Assembly (NCBI GenBank): GCA_041946805.1
Contig: JBHGBC010000117.1
Location: 1-18,725 of the forward strand
Direction: 5' to 3'
DNA: 18,725 bases
From: a bacterium
GTDB lineage: Bacteria; Hinthialibacterota; Hinthialibacteria; Hinthialibacterales; Hinthialibacteraceae
Shown here: piece after piece, positions 1 to 7,172 of the stretch
Layout of the letters: each line of letters opens with the position of its first letter
How positions within the stretch are numbered: position 1 is the stretch's first letter
Notes under the pieces: generated by a model
Database searches by the model: none
What the model was told of the DNA's origin: nothing
Seen by the model: only the letters and a program-made list of their open reading frames with translations
Position numbers and translations under genes: made by a program

Positions 1-51
1 GCGGCACGCCCGGGCGGCAGCCGCGGCCGCGTTTCCCGCGGGTTCCGGCTC

Positions 52-471
52 TCAATCCTGGGTCGGCCTTGTGTTTCCAAGCCGGCTTTCGGGGCCGCTG
101 AGGGCGGCGCAGGCCCATGTCAGTACCAGGTACTCCCAATTGGCGATGACATCGGGCTTCATGAGGATGGTCTGCCCGATGGTCAAAAGGAACATCAACA
201 ACGCCGTCAACGTCCACGCCAGGCGCTCTTTCCAGCCCGACAGGATGAAGGCGGCCAATAGAGGCTCCGCGAACAAAATCAACCAGGCGAGCAGCGCATT
301 CAAGAGGTGTGGGGACCAGGTTTTGTCGAACTCGGAGGTGATGAAGCCCACAAACGCGCCAGGTCCGATGAAGATCCACTTCGATAGCCCCACGTAAAGC
401 AGCCACGCGCCAAAAAAGATCCGCATGCCGATAAGAAAAAAACCGCGGGCGTCTGGATTGAAACACGTCAT
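52..471 (-). CDS. DoxX-family-like membrane protein (~139 aa)
   Basis: Likely start is the ATG at 471 (MTCFNPDARG...), with AAGGAG about 10 nt upstream; the ORF-track extension to 684 looks non-coding and runs through a repeat. Four hydrophobic segments and an N-terminal 'MRIFFGAWLLYVGLSKW' matching the DoxX R-xxxG-xxxxxxG-xxK pattern. Confidence 0.7.
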   Translation of the reverse strand: MTCFNPDARGFFLIGMRIFFGAWLLYVGLSKWIFIGPGAFVGFITSEFDKTWSPHLLNALLAWLILFAEPLLAAFILSGWKERLAWTLTALLMFLLTIGQTILMKPDVIANWEYLVLTWACAALSGPESRLGNTRPTQD

Positions 472-623
472 GGGCGCTATTTCTCCTTGCGCTGGTTGTC
501 TGCCGGGGATGAGGCATCTCCCATCCTTCCCAGCCGGTTCCGGAGGACTTCGCCTCTGAATCAAGGACCGGCTTATGACGCAGCGGCAAATAGTGAAACT
601 AATTCTATGATGTTCCATACATT

Positions 624-681
624 GTGGTGCAGGCATCCTGCCTGCAACCCTAGTTTTGTGCAGACAAGATGTCTGCACCAC
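624..681. repeat. REP-like inverted doublet (GTGGTGCAGGCATCCTGCCTGCA family)
   Basis: 624-646 and 659-681 are inverted copies (20/23 identical) and each is itself a hairpin. A partial third copy lies at 6489-6510. Confidence 0.7.
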
Positions 682-867
682 CATCAGGAGACTTTTTGCC
701 GCTCCGTCAGCTTATAGAAGCAGCCGGAACGGCATGCAAGTTGAAAAGTGCGGCGGTGGTTGCCGCGCGATAACCGGACGTTGCCCGATTTCCAGGGAGA
801 GCCTGGAACCGGGCAGGGATGCTGGAGTCCGGCTGGGGAAGGATTGTGGAATCCAGAGGAGATAACC

Positions 868-898
868 ACAAAAAATCCCAACCGTCTCCGGTTGGGAT
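868..898 (-). terminator. Rho-independent terminator of ssrA
   Basis: On the minus strand ATCCCAACCG-GAGA-CGGTTGGGAT (perfect 10-bp stem) is followed by a T run, about 15 nt past the tmRNA CCA end. Confidence 0.8.
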
Positions 899-913
899 AG
901 GAATGGTCGAATC

Positions 914-1270
914 TGGTGGAGGCGGCGGGAGTCGAACCCGCGTCCGAAAACGTCCAACTGGCAAGCCCTACATGCTTAGTCTCAGCTCGATCTTACGATT
1001 CCAAGCGCCGGGACCGGCTTGTGAACCGCCAGCCTTCTGGAAGTTTCGCGGATCGGCCGAAGGCGGGCCTGCCCGCTATCCCCTTCCGTATAACGCCACT
1101 CGCCCGGCCGAAAGGGAGAAACCCGGCGCGGCGCGGCAGCCCTTAGGCCGCCAAGGGCAATTCTTGGTAATCGTTGGCAGTTATATTTGGTCCGCCTGTT
1201 TAACGAGGCCTGCGGAACCTCGGCATGCTCTTGCCAGCCAACTCGTCTCCGTCGAAACCGGTACGCCCCC
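914..1270 (-). ncRNA. ssrA: tmRNA (transfer-messenger RNA), one-piece, ~357 nt
   Basis: 5' end GGGGGCGTACCGGTTTCGAC; 3' end GACGCGGGTTCGACTCCCGCCGCCTCCACCA (T-arm, acceptor stem, encoded CCA). The tag frame 1178->1143, after the ATAACT resume context, reads ANDYQELPLAA-stop. Confidence 0.97.
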
Positions 1271-1298
1271 AAGCGTGTAGGAGTTGACTTGATTTGGA

Positions 1299-1326
1299 AG
1301 TATACGGGATAACGTTGGTCTGTCAA
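1299..1326 (-). promoter_or_regulatory. sigma70-type promoter of ssrA
   Basis: TTGACA-N16-TATACT on the minus strand, ending 28 nt upstream of the mature tmRNA 5' end. Confidence 0.75.
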
Positions 1327-1372
1327 TGGCAAAATCAACCAAACGTGTAACGGATCCGGGGCCGGATCGGCT

Positions 1373-1825
1373 TTAATCGTTGGTCCCAATATCGTCCGAG
1401 AACACCGTTTGGATCAAGGCGTTTTCATTCCGCTCATGTTGATGCAGGGAAGCGATCAGGCTTTTGAACGATGCACAAACCGTATCGACATCGCTTTTCT
1501 GGATGCTGCTGGTTCCCTGAATGCTCTGGATCAGGGCGTTCATTTCGTTAATGAACCGGGCGTGCTCCTCCTTGAGGGCTTCGATGGTCTTGGCGCTGGC
1601 GGGGTGTTTTTCCAGCACGGGGATCATGAAACCGCCGTCTTCCTCGATCTGGAAATACGCCTGGAGGTGGGCGCAGAGATTCGAGGCTTTTGCCTCCAAT
1701 TCCCGCAGCCAATCGGAGATCTGGGTTTGGGGCCGTGTTTGGATGGTGTCCAATAAATCTCTCAGCAAGTCCTTGATGATTTGATTTTCTTCCTGCGCTT
1801 TTTGGGCGATAGGATCTATTCCCAT
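1373..1825 (-). CDS. Hemerythrin/HHE-domain-like protein (~150 aa), metal ligands partly degenerate
   Basis: ATG at 1825 with GGAGAG upstream. Four-helix pattern with YFQIEEDGG, LKEEH and HQHERNEN motifs. Confidence 0.7.
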   Translation of the reverse strand: MGIDPIAQKAQEENQIIKDLLRDLLDTIQTRPQTQISDWLRELEAKASNLCAHLQAYFQIEEDGGFMIPVLEKHPASAKTIEALKEEHARFINEMNALIQSIQGTSSIQKSDVDTVCASFKSLIASLHQHERNENALIQTVFSDDIGTND

Positions 1826-1921
1826 GATCACTCTCCCGGCCAAGATCTGGTTTTGCCTACACCATACTGAAAGCGGGGGGAATGGCAAGTGGACATTCCA
1901 CCTGGATCATGTTCCAGATTG

Positions 1922-3190
1922 TTAAGGTAGTTTGTCCGGTTTGATCTCGGTTCCATCCTTGATCCCGTTTCCGCCGCGCGGACGCGGCGATTCCATGGGA
2001 TTCAGGTCGCTGGCGGGAATCAAGGGAGCCGGCGGGATGGAATTCGATGGAACCACGGCGGCGGAAGCAGGCGTGACGGGCAGAACCGGATTGGTTTTCA
2101 AGAGGGAGGCGATGCCCCGGCGGACTTCCAGGCGGACCCGCGTGGCCCCGGAATTGATGGAGCCATTGGCGTACGACACATTTCCTTCCGCCCGCACGGG
2201 CATGGGAAAATCGGAATGGATGCTGCCGTCCACCGCCTGGATTTCCACCAGGATGGACGCGCTTTCGGGAATCCGCAGGATCAGGTTGCCCGTGTCCACG
2301 TTGCATTCGAAACTCCGGGTGATGGGGGCCTGCGGCTCCAGCCGCAACGATCCGTTGGTCACCCCGGCGCGGATGCCATCATAGAAGAGCTCGCAGGTCA
2401 CATCGCCGCGGCGGTTGTCAAGGTTGATATAACCCTTGACTTCCTGCAGCGTGAGGATCGCGCCATTCCCCTGAAACGTAATATCGCGTTCGATCCGGCG
2501 CGCGCGGCATTCCCCATTTTGATGCGTAATCTCGGCGTTGCCCCCGATCTGCTCCACCTCCAGGCGGGTGCCCTTGGTTTCCAATTTGACGTTGGAACTG
2601 ACATCCCGGACCCGGACTTGGTTGCCCGCGCTCGTATTTCCTGTGGAACGGATGTCGAGGTTGGCCCGGATTCTCTCGGCGGTGACATCCCCGGTCTCGT
2701 GCGTGATCCAGACATCGCTGTCCACGTCCGATACGGTCACGGAGCCGTTCTTGACTTTCAGCTCCAGGGTGATGCCGCGGGGAACCTTGGCGGTATAGTC
2801 GATGCGTCCCGCCGGTTTTGACAGCCACGAAAAGCCCTGGGAATCCTGGTATTCGATGACCATTCGGTTGATCGGGCTTTCATAGGCGGAAATGTCGATG
2901 GAATTGAGAATGGCTTGGGCATCCTCCACGGTTTCCGCCGCCGCCTGCTTGGCCCCCTCAACTAGTATGTAGGACTGATCCCAGCCCATGACTGTCAAAT
3001 TGCCCCCCTCATGTTGAATCTCGACGGTTTTTATATTGATGGCGATTTGGATCTGCCGGGTGAACGGTTCCTGATCGATGACCAGGCCGCCGGACGATTG
3101 AAACGGCTGGAGAACCGGACTGTTGCATCCGGCAAGGACGAGCATCAGCCACATAACGGGAAGGACCGGAAGGAGGGGTTGCCGCTTCAT
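1922..3190 (-). CDS. Lipoprotein with DUF4097 (putative adhesin) beta-strand repeats
   Basis: Signal peptide with lipobox LAG-C; repeated 'xxNGSVxV / xTGDVxA / xxGSIxS' beta-repeat units; Pro-rich C-terminal tail; GAGG RBS. Confidence 0.75.
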   Translation of the reverse strand: MKRQPLLPVLPVMWLMLVLAGCNSPVLQPFQSSGGLVIDQEPFTRQIQIAINIKTVEIQHEGGNLTVMGWDQSYILVEGAKQAAAETVEDAQAILNSIDISAYESPINRMVIEYQDSQGFSWLSKPAGRIDYTAKVPRGITLELKVKNGSVTVSDVDSDVWITHETGDVTAERIRANLDIRSTGNTSAGNQVRVRDVSSNVKLETKGTRLEVEQIGGNAEITHQNGECRARRIERDITFQGNGAILTLQEVKGYINLDNRRGDVTCELFYDGIRAGVTNGSLRLEPQAPITRSFECNVDTGNLILRIPESASILVEIQAVDGSIHSDFPMPVRAEGNVSYANGSINSGATRVRLEVRRGIASLLKTNPVLPVTPASAAVVPSNSIPPAPLIPASDLNPMESPRPRGGNGIKDGTEIKPDKLP

Positions 3191-3249
3191 TTCCTCAACT
3201 CCTGTTTATATCGCAACTTACGGCCATCACAGATCATACAGTATGAAAC

Positions 3250-3258
3250 AGTATACCA
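3250..3258 (-). promoter_or_regulatory. Putative extended -10 promoter element for the DUF4097 gene
   Basis: TGGTATACT (TGn-TATACT) 60 nt upstream of the ATG at 3190. Confidence 0.4.
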
Positions 3259-3486
3259 CAAAAGCGCGGCGGTATGGGAGCTGGCGGGCAGGAATTATTT
3301 TCCCCGGATTCCGCCGGGCATATTCAATGGTGCCTAACCGAACGCGCGGGACGCCGAGCGCTCTTCGGCCGAAAAATCGATCTATTTACCCGAGAAACCG
3401 GTCCTGACCGGTGGATCAAGGGAATTGACGGATGGCCGGCGGAAGGGCTTCCACCCCATGCAATCCCGAAAGAGCCGGGGCTTCTT

Positions 3487-4011
3487 CTACATCGCCCACA
3501 AATGCATGGTGTTCACGTTCTGGCCCTGCAATTTCAGATAATAGAACAATTGAGCCTTGTGAATATGTAAGTGGTGGATCATCTGGTGGACCCGATACCC
3601 GAGGACCGGGCTCGTGTTGTCCCAGGGCGCGGGAGTGGGTTTGTTGGCCAAGTCGTCCTCGGCGCATCGCGCTAGCATGTCCATCGCGGTCTGCTTGTCC
3701 TCGGCCAGGAGTTTTTTGGCTTCGGCCACGCTGCCGATAGTGGGCATTTTTTCGGCGGAGGGCAGCATCTCCTCCGGTTTCAGGTCTTTCACATCCATGC
3801 CCTCCGGCATTCCCCAATCGCCGGTAACGAATCCTTTGATCGGCGCGCCGCAGGCGTTGGTGATGTGCATCAGCAACTGACCGGTGGTCATCCAGTTCTG
3901 GCCGGTGGCGGGTTTCCAGTCCAGGCGGCTGTCTTCCACCATGCCTATCAGCAGCTCCGCTCCCTTGTAGGCGCTTTCGATTTCGGTTTGTAGCAGATCC
4001 TTCCAGTTCAT
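3487..4011 (-). CDS. DinB/YfiT superfamily protein
   Basis: 'LDWKPATGQNWMTTGQLLMHI' and C-terminal 'MIHHLHIHKAQLFYYLKLQG' give the DinB His-triad pattern; AAAGGGG RBS. Confidence 0.85.
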   Translation of the reverse strand: MNWKDLLQTEIESAYKGAELLIGMVEDSRLDWKPATGQNWMTTGQLLMHITNACGAPIKGFVTGDWGMPEGMDVKDLKPEEMLPSAEKMPTIGSVAEAKKLLAEDKQTAMDMLARCAEDDLANKPTPAPWDNTSPVLGYRVHQMIHHLHIHKAQLFYYLKLQGQNVNTMHLWAM

Positions 4012-4307
4012 GCTGTCCCCTTTCCATGAGACACCGGATCCGGGCGCGGTTGGATCGGCCTGGCCGGCGGTTTTTCCGCGGGATCCAAAAGAGTGATCAA
4101 TTGTCCCGTGGTATCGAAATTCGGGAAACCGGGATGCGCGCGCATGGATGAGTGGTCCTTATTATAACGGATAATCGGATCCAAAATATAGCCGCAGGAA
4201 GCGCGCCCCCGATTCAGACCCCGCCGGAGGCGTGAAAGCGATTGGGTGTCTTATCCACGGACCGGTTAAATTGTTTCTAATTGTACGATGCCGATTTTCC
4301 CGGGGGG

Positions 4308-4336
4308 TTCACAATCCGCCGCCGCGCCGCTACTAT
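4308..4336 (+). promoter_or_regulatory. Putative sigma70 promoter of the 82-aa gene
   Basis: TTCACA-N17-TACTAT, 57 nt upstream of the ATG at 4394. Confidence 0.4.
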
Positions 4337-4393
4337 TCCCCCTTGTGAGTTTTCCCACCGGTACTCCAAATTCCTGCAAAGCGAGGAGATCTG

Positions 4394-4642
4394 ATGACCG
4401 TCGTCGATAAAAAGGCCGAAATCACCATTGAAGAATACATGCAACTGCTGCGCCGGACCGATGAACTGCTGGAAGCCGCCGAGGAGGAGAAGAAAAACAC
4501 GCTTCCCGAAAACCAGGCCGACCTGGATGACCGGATCGAAGACATTAAGGCGATCCGCGAGCAGTTGATGGAACACGTCAAGAAAAGCGGCATCAGCCGG
4601 GAAATCCTGGAAAAAACCCGCCGCCTGCTGAGCATCTTCTGA
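4394..4642 (+). CDS. Small charged helical/coiled-coil hypothetical protein (82 aa)
   Basis: GAGGAG RBS directly upstream; protein-like E/K/L-rich composition; GC-rich third codon positions. Confidence 0.75.
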   Translation: MTVVDKKAEITIEEYMQLLRRTDELLEAAEEEKKNTLPENQADLDDRIEDIKAIREQLMEHVKKSGISREILEKTRRLLSIF

Positions 4643-4720
4643 GATAAGCCGTGCCCCGCCCTCTTGGACGCCCCCTGCCTCACCTGTTTCCGGCTCTATC
4701 CATGGCCTCCCGGTAACCTC

Positions 4721-4755
4721 TCCCCTCTTCCCCCGGGAAAGGGCCAGGGGGAGGA
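4721..4755 (+). repeat. 35-nt CCCTCTCCC...GGGAGAGGG-type palindromic repeat, copy 1
   Basis: tcccctcttcccccgggaaagggccagggggagga; similar copies at 18409-18443 (+) and 18688-18722 (-). Confidence 0.6.
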
Positions 4756-4813
4756 AAATCCTGTCAATTCCCTTGATTTCACCGATTTATGCCATTACCC
4801 CATGCTTCCGCCT

Positions 4814-4841
4814 GTAAGTGTACGTTGCATCGTGCCCCTAC
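4814..4841. repeat. Degenerate GTAG-type REP palindrome
   Basis: gtaagtgtacgttgcatcgtgcccctac, 23/28 identical to 6740-6767. Confidence 0.6.
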
Positions 4842-4981
4842 TTACTTGGACGCATGCGTCTTCTCTTATCTACTCAATGATTCCCAAATGATTTGCACCA
4901 AGCTCGATGCCCTCTGCTTCCAGTGCCCTCCACGTCTCGGCGGTGTATCCTTATTTCACCTCCCATGCATCATTTCTCCCC

Positions 4982-5016
4982 AATTTACTTGACTATGTCA
5001 ACTAAATTGATAAACT
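4982..5016 (+). promoter_or_regulatory. Promoter of the bacilliredoxin gene with an overlapping palindromic operator
   Basis: TTGACT(4989)-N16-TAAACT(5011) with a TG extension. The inverted repeat AATTTACTTGAC-TAT-GTCAACTAAATT (4982-5008, 11/12 matching) covers the -35 and spacer. Confidence 0.6.
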
Positions 5017-5153
5017 TAATCAAGAATCGCCAATATGCCGGTTTGTCGGCTCCTTGAATCATCCGCCAAGTGCGTTGGAAGTCCGAAGTTTACCATTCAC
5101 TATCCCAAAGTGTTCTTTGAGGTAGGAATCACACTCAGGAGGTCGTTGTCCGC

Positions 5154-5666
5154 ATGCAACCCAATTATGATCCCGAAGCCGTAAAACCAATGGAAGAAGA
5201 GTTGGAATTTGTGGGAATCCAGGCCCTTCGTACAGGATCCGAAGTGGATGAAGCCTTATCCCGGCCGGGGACCACGCTGGTGGTGATCAATTCCGTTTGC
5301 GGATGCGCCGCCGGCGGCGCGCGGCCCGGCGTGACTTGCGCCCTGCAACATCATACCATTCCCGATCACCTGGTGACGGTTTTCGCGGGGATGGACCACG
5401 AGGCCGTCCAACGGGCGCGTCAACATATGCCGGAAATCCCGCCCTCGTCTCCCTGCATCGCGCTGTTCAAGGATGGGAAACTCGTCCATATTCTGGAACG
5501 GCGGCACATCGAGCAAATGACCGCGGACCGGATCGCCGAAAACCTGGCCCAGGCGTTTGACACGCATTGCACCGCTCCGGGACCATCCATTCCCGCGGAG
5601 AAGTACGCGCAATTGCGCAGCGTGCAGCAATGCGGTTCGACCATACCCGCCTTCGGGGCGCGATAA
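5154..5666 (+). CDS. BrxA/BrxB (YphP/YqiW) family bacilliredoxin
   Basis: Signature 'NSVCGCAAGGARP' (CGC motif), 'TVFAGMD' and 'PSSPCIALFKDG'; AGGAGG RBS. Confidence 0.93.
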   Translation: MQPNYDPEAVKPMEEELEFVGIQALRTGSEVDEALSRPGTTLVVINSVCGCAAGGARPGVTCALQHHTIPDHLVTVFAGMDHEAVQRARQHMPEIPPSSPCIALFKDGKLVHILERRHIEQMTADRIAENLAQAFDTHCTAPGPSIPAEKYAQLRSVQQCGSTIPAFGAR

Positions 5667-5693
5667 ACACCCGAATGACCGCCAGTGCCGTTC

Positions 5694-5729
5694 GATCCAT
5701 GGGGAGATGTCTCTCCATGGATCTTTTTT
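5694..5729 (+). terminator. Rho-independent terminator after the bacilliredoxin gene
   Basis: GATCCATGGGGAG-ATGT-CTCTCCATGGATC stem (13 bp, one G-U pair) followed by TTTTTT. Confidence 0.8.
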
Positions 5730-5828
5730 GTGGAGATTGCGTGGCGCGCGGCGGTTTTTTCTGGGATAATCGTTTGATCGCATCCGGATGGGGCCACACT
5801 GGTCAAGCTTGCGAGGAAGGATGGTTCC

Positions 5829-6389
5829 ATGACGCGCCACGGAGAGAAAGGTTTCACATTGATTGAATTGTTGATCGTCGTCGCGATAATCGGGATTCTC
5901 GCCGCGATCGCCGTGCCCAATTTCATCAACGCGCAAATGCGCGCCCGGGTCGCCCGGGTGCACACGGACCAAAACGCCATCGGCACCGCCCTGGGCATGT
6001 ATTTCGTGGATCACAACGCGTTCCCCCCGTTTCTGAACTGGCCGGCCTTCGCCTTTATCGGCGTCCCCGAACTCACCACCCCGGTTGCCTACATGGCCGA
6101 TTATCCCGTCGATCCCTTTTACCGGTCCGAGGAGGGCCATGGCGTTCCCGAAACCTATAAATTTGTAAAAATGTCCTATTACAACTTGGACATCATGGAA
6201 AAAACCGGACAGGCGCGGGGCGGAACCAGCTTTGGAGTGGAAGAGTACAAGCATGGCAACCGGTGGTGCGTCCGCAGTTTCGGCCCGAACCGGACCGCGG
6301 ATTACGATTCATCAAATAATGTATTCCCCGAGTACCACGCCAGCAACGGCACGATCAGCAACGGCGATATCTACAAGTGGGGACCGTGA
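5829..6389 (+). CDS. Prepilin-type N-terminal cleavage/methylation domain protein (type IV pilin / T2SS pseudopilin G-like)
   Basis: Class III signal 'EKG|FTLIELLIVVAIIGILAAIAVP' with Glu at +5, followed by 'DPF' and 'SFGPN' motifs typical of GspG-like proteins. Confidence 0.9.
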   Translation: MTRHGEKGFTLIELLIVVAIIGILAAIAVPNFINAQMRARVARVHTDQNAIGTALGMYFVDHNAFPPFLNWPAFAFIGVPELTTPVAYMADYPVDPFYRSEEGHGVPETYKFVKMSYYNLDIMEKTGQARGGTSFGVEEYKHGNRWCVRSFGPNRTADYDSSNNVFPEYHASNGTISNGDIYKWGP

Positions 6390-6515
6390 ACGGATCGGGG
6401 GAAGAAGACGCCTTCCAATGTAAAGCTGATCATTACCCAAAAGTCTTTGATGAATGTCAACCCCGCGCAAGCGGGGAGCCAGGACATGGTGGTGCAGGCA
6501 TTCTGCCGGCCGCCC

Positions 6516-6689
6516 ATCCCGAAGGGATTGAATAGGAATAGCCGGGGGTGACAACCCCCGGTAAGGTCAGGAAGAGATCGACCCCGCCGGGATCGAATGG
6601 TGTATTCAACCCCGGCGGGGTAGGTATTGATTCTTTTCGAAACCGTAGGCTGTCGCCTACGGCTATTCACATTCATCCCCTATGGGGAT
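6516..6689. repeat. ~174-nt nested inverted-repeat element (REPIN/MITE-like)
   Basis: Imperfect terminal inverted repeats of about 46 nt, each containing an 8-bp hairpin with a GACA/TGTC loop, plus an internal inverted pair (accccgccgggatcgaat / attcaaccccggcggggt). Confidence 0.7.
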
Positions 6690-6739
6690 CAAATGCGAAT
6701 GTACGATCAGGACTTCTGGGTAAAGAACAGCAATGTAAA

Positions 6740-6767
6740 GTAGGGGCACGTTGCCACGTGCCCCTAC
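6740..6767. repeat. GTAG-type REP palindrome
   Basis: GTAGGGGCACGT-TGCC-ACGTGCCCCTAC, a perfect 12-bp stem between convergent genes; related copies at 4814 and 15975. Confidence 0.8.
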
Positions 6768-6837
6768 GATAATCGGATACGTTGAGTAGTCTCGAAAGGC
6801 GTGAGGAGGGAAAGCCAATTTTATTCCTTATTGGCTC

Positions 6838-7167
6838 TCATTCCGGCATATTTCCAAGGGGCGGCTGCGCGGGAGCGTGGAATTTCATGGCATGCCGGGC
6901 GTATGCTTCGAGCCGCTCTCCCCGCGGTGTGCGCTGGACCGCCTGGGCCTGGCGGGCGTGTTTCCAAGCTTCCACGAACCGGCCTTGCAGGAGGCCGCGC
7001 CGCGCCGCTTCCCGCAATTCCCACGCGCGCGTGGCGGCCCGCATCAGGAGCGAGAGATCGGAACCGCAACGCCGGCAATTGGCTTGATTGGAAAAAGCGA
7101 CTTTACAGGTCGGGCAGATTAACGAAATTTCCGTCTTCCAAGGCGTCTGGTCGAATACCGGCTTCAT
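6838..7167 (-). CDS. Small zinc-ribbon protein with a helical (TPR-like) C-terminus (~109 aa)
   Basis: ATG at 7167 lies 5 nt after the Hsp70 stop, with GGAGG in the end of the Hsp70 gene. CPTC-x9-CRRC is followed by an Ala/Arg-rich helix pair. Confidence 0.7.
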   Translation of the reverse strand: MKPVFDQTPWKTEISLICPTCKVAFSNQANCRRCGSDLSLLMRAATRAWELREAARRGLLQGRFVEAWKHARQAQAVQRTPRGERLEAYARHAMKFHAPAQPPLGNMPE

Positions 7168-7172
7168 GGCGC

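Noticed and set aside
472..684. N-terminal 71-aa extension of the DoxX ORF
   Set aside because: It runs through a REP doublet, and a better ATG with an RBS exists at 471.
707..1389. Short ORFs overlapping the tmRNA
   Set aside because: The region is explained by ssrA with its promoter and terminator.
6489..6767. Repeats as a CRISPR array
   Set aside because: The repeats are inverted and dispersed, not regularly spaced direct repeats, and there are no cas genes.
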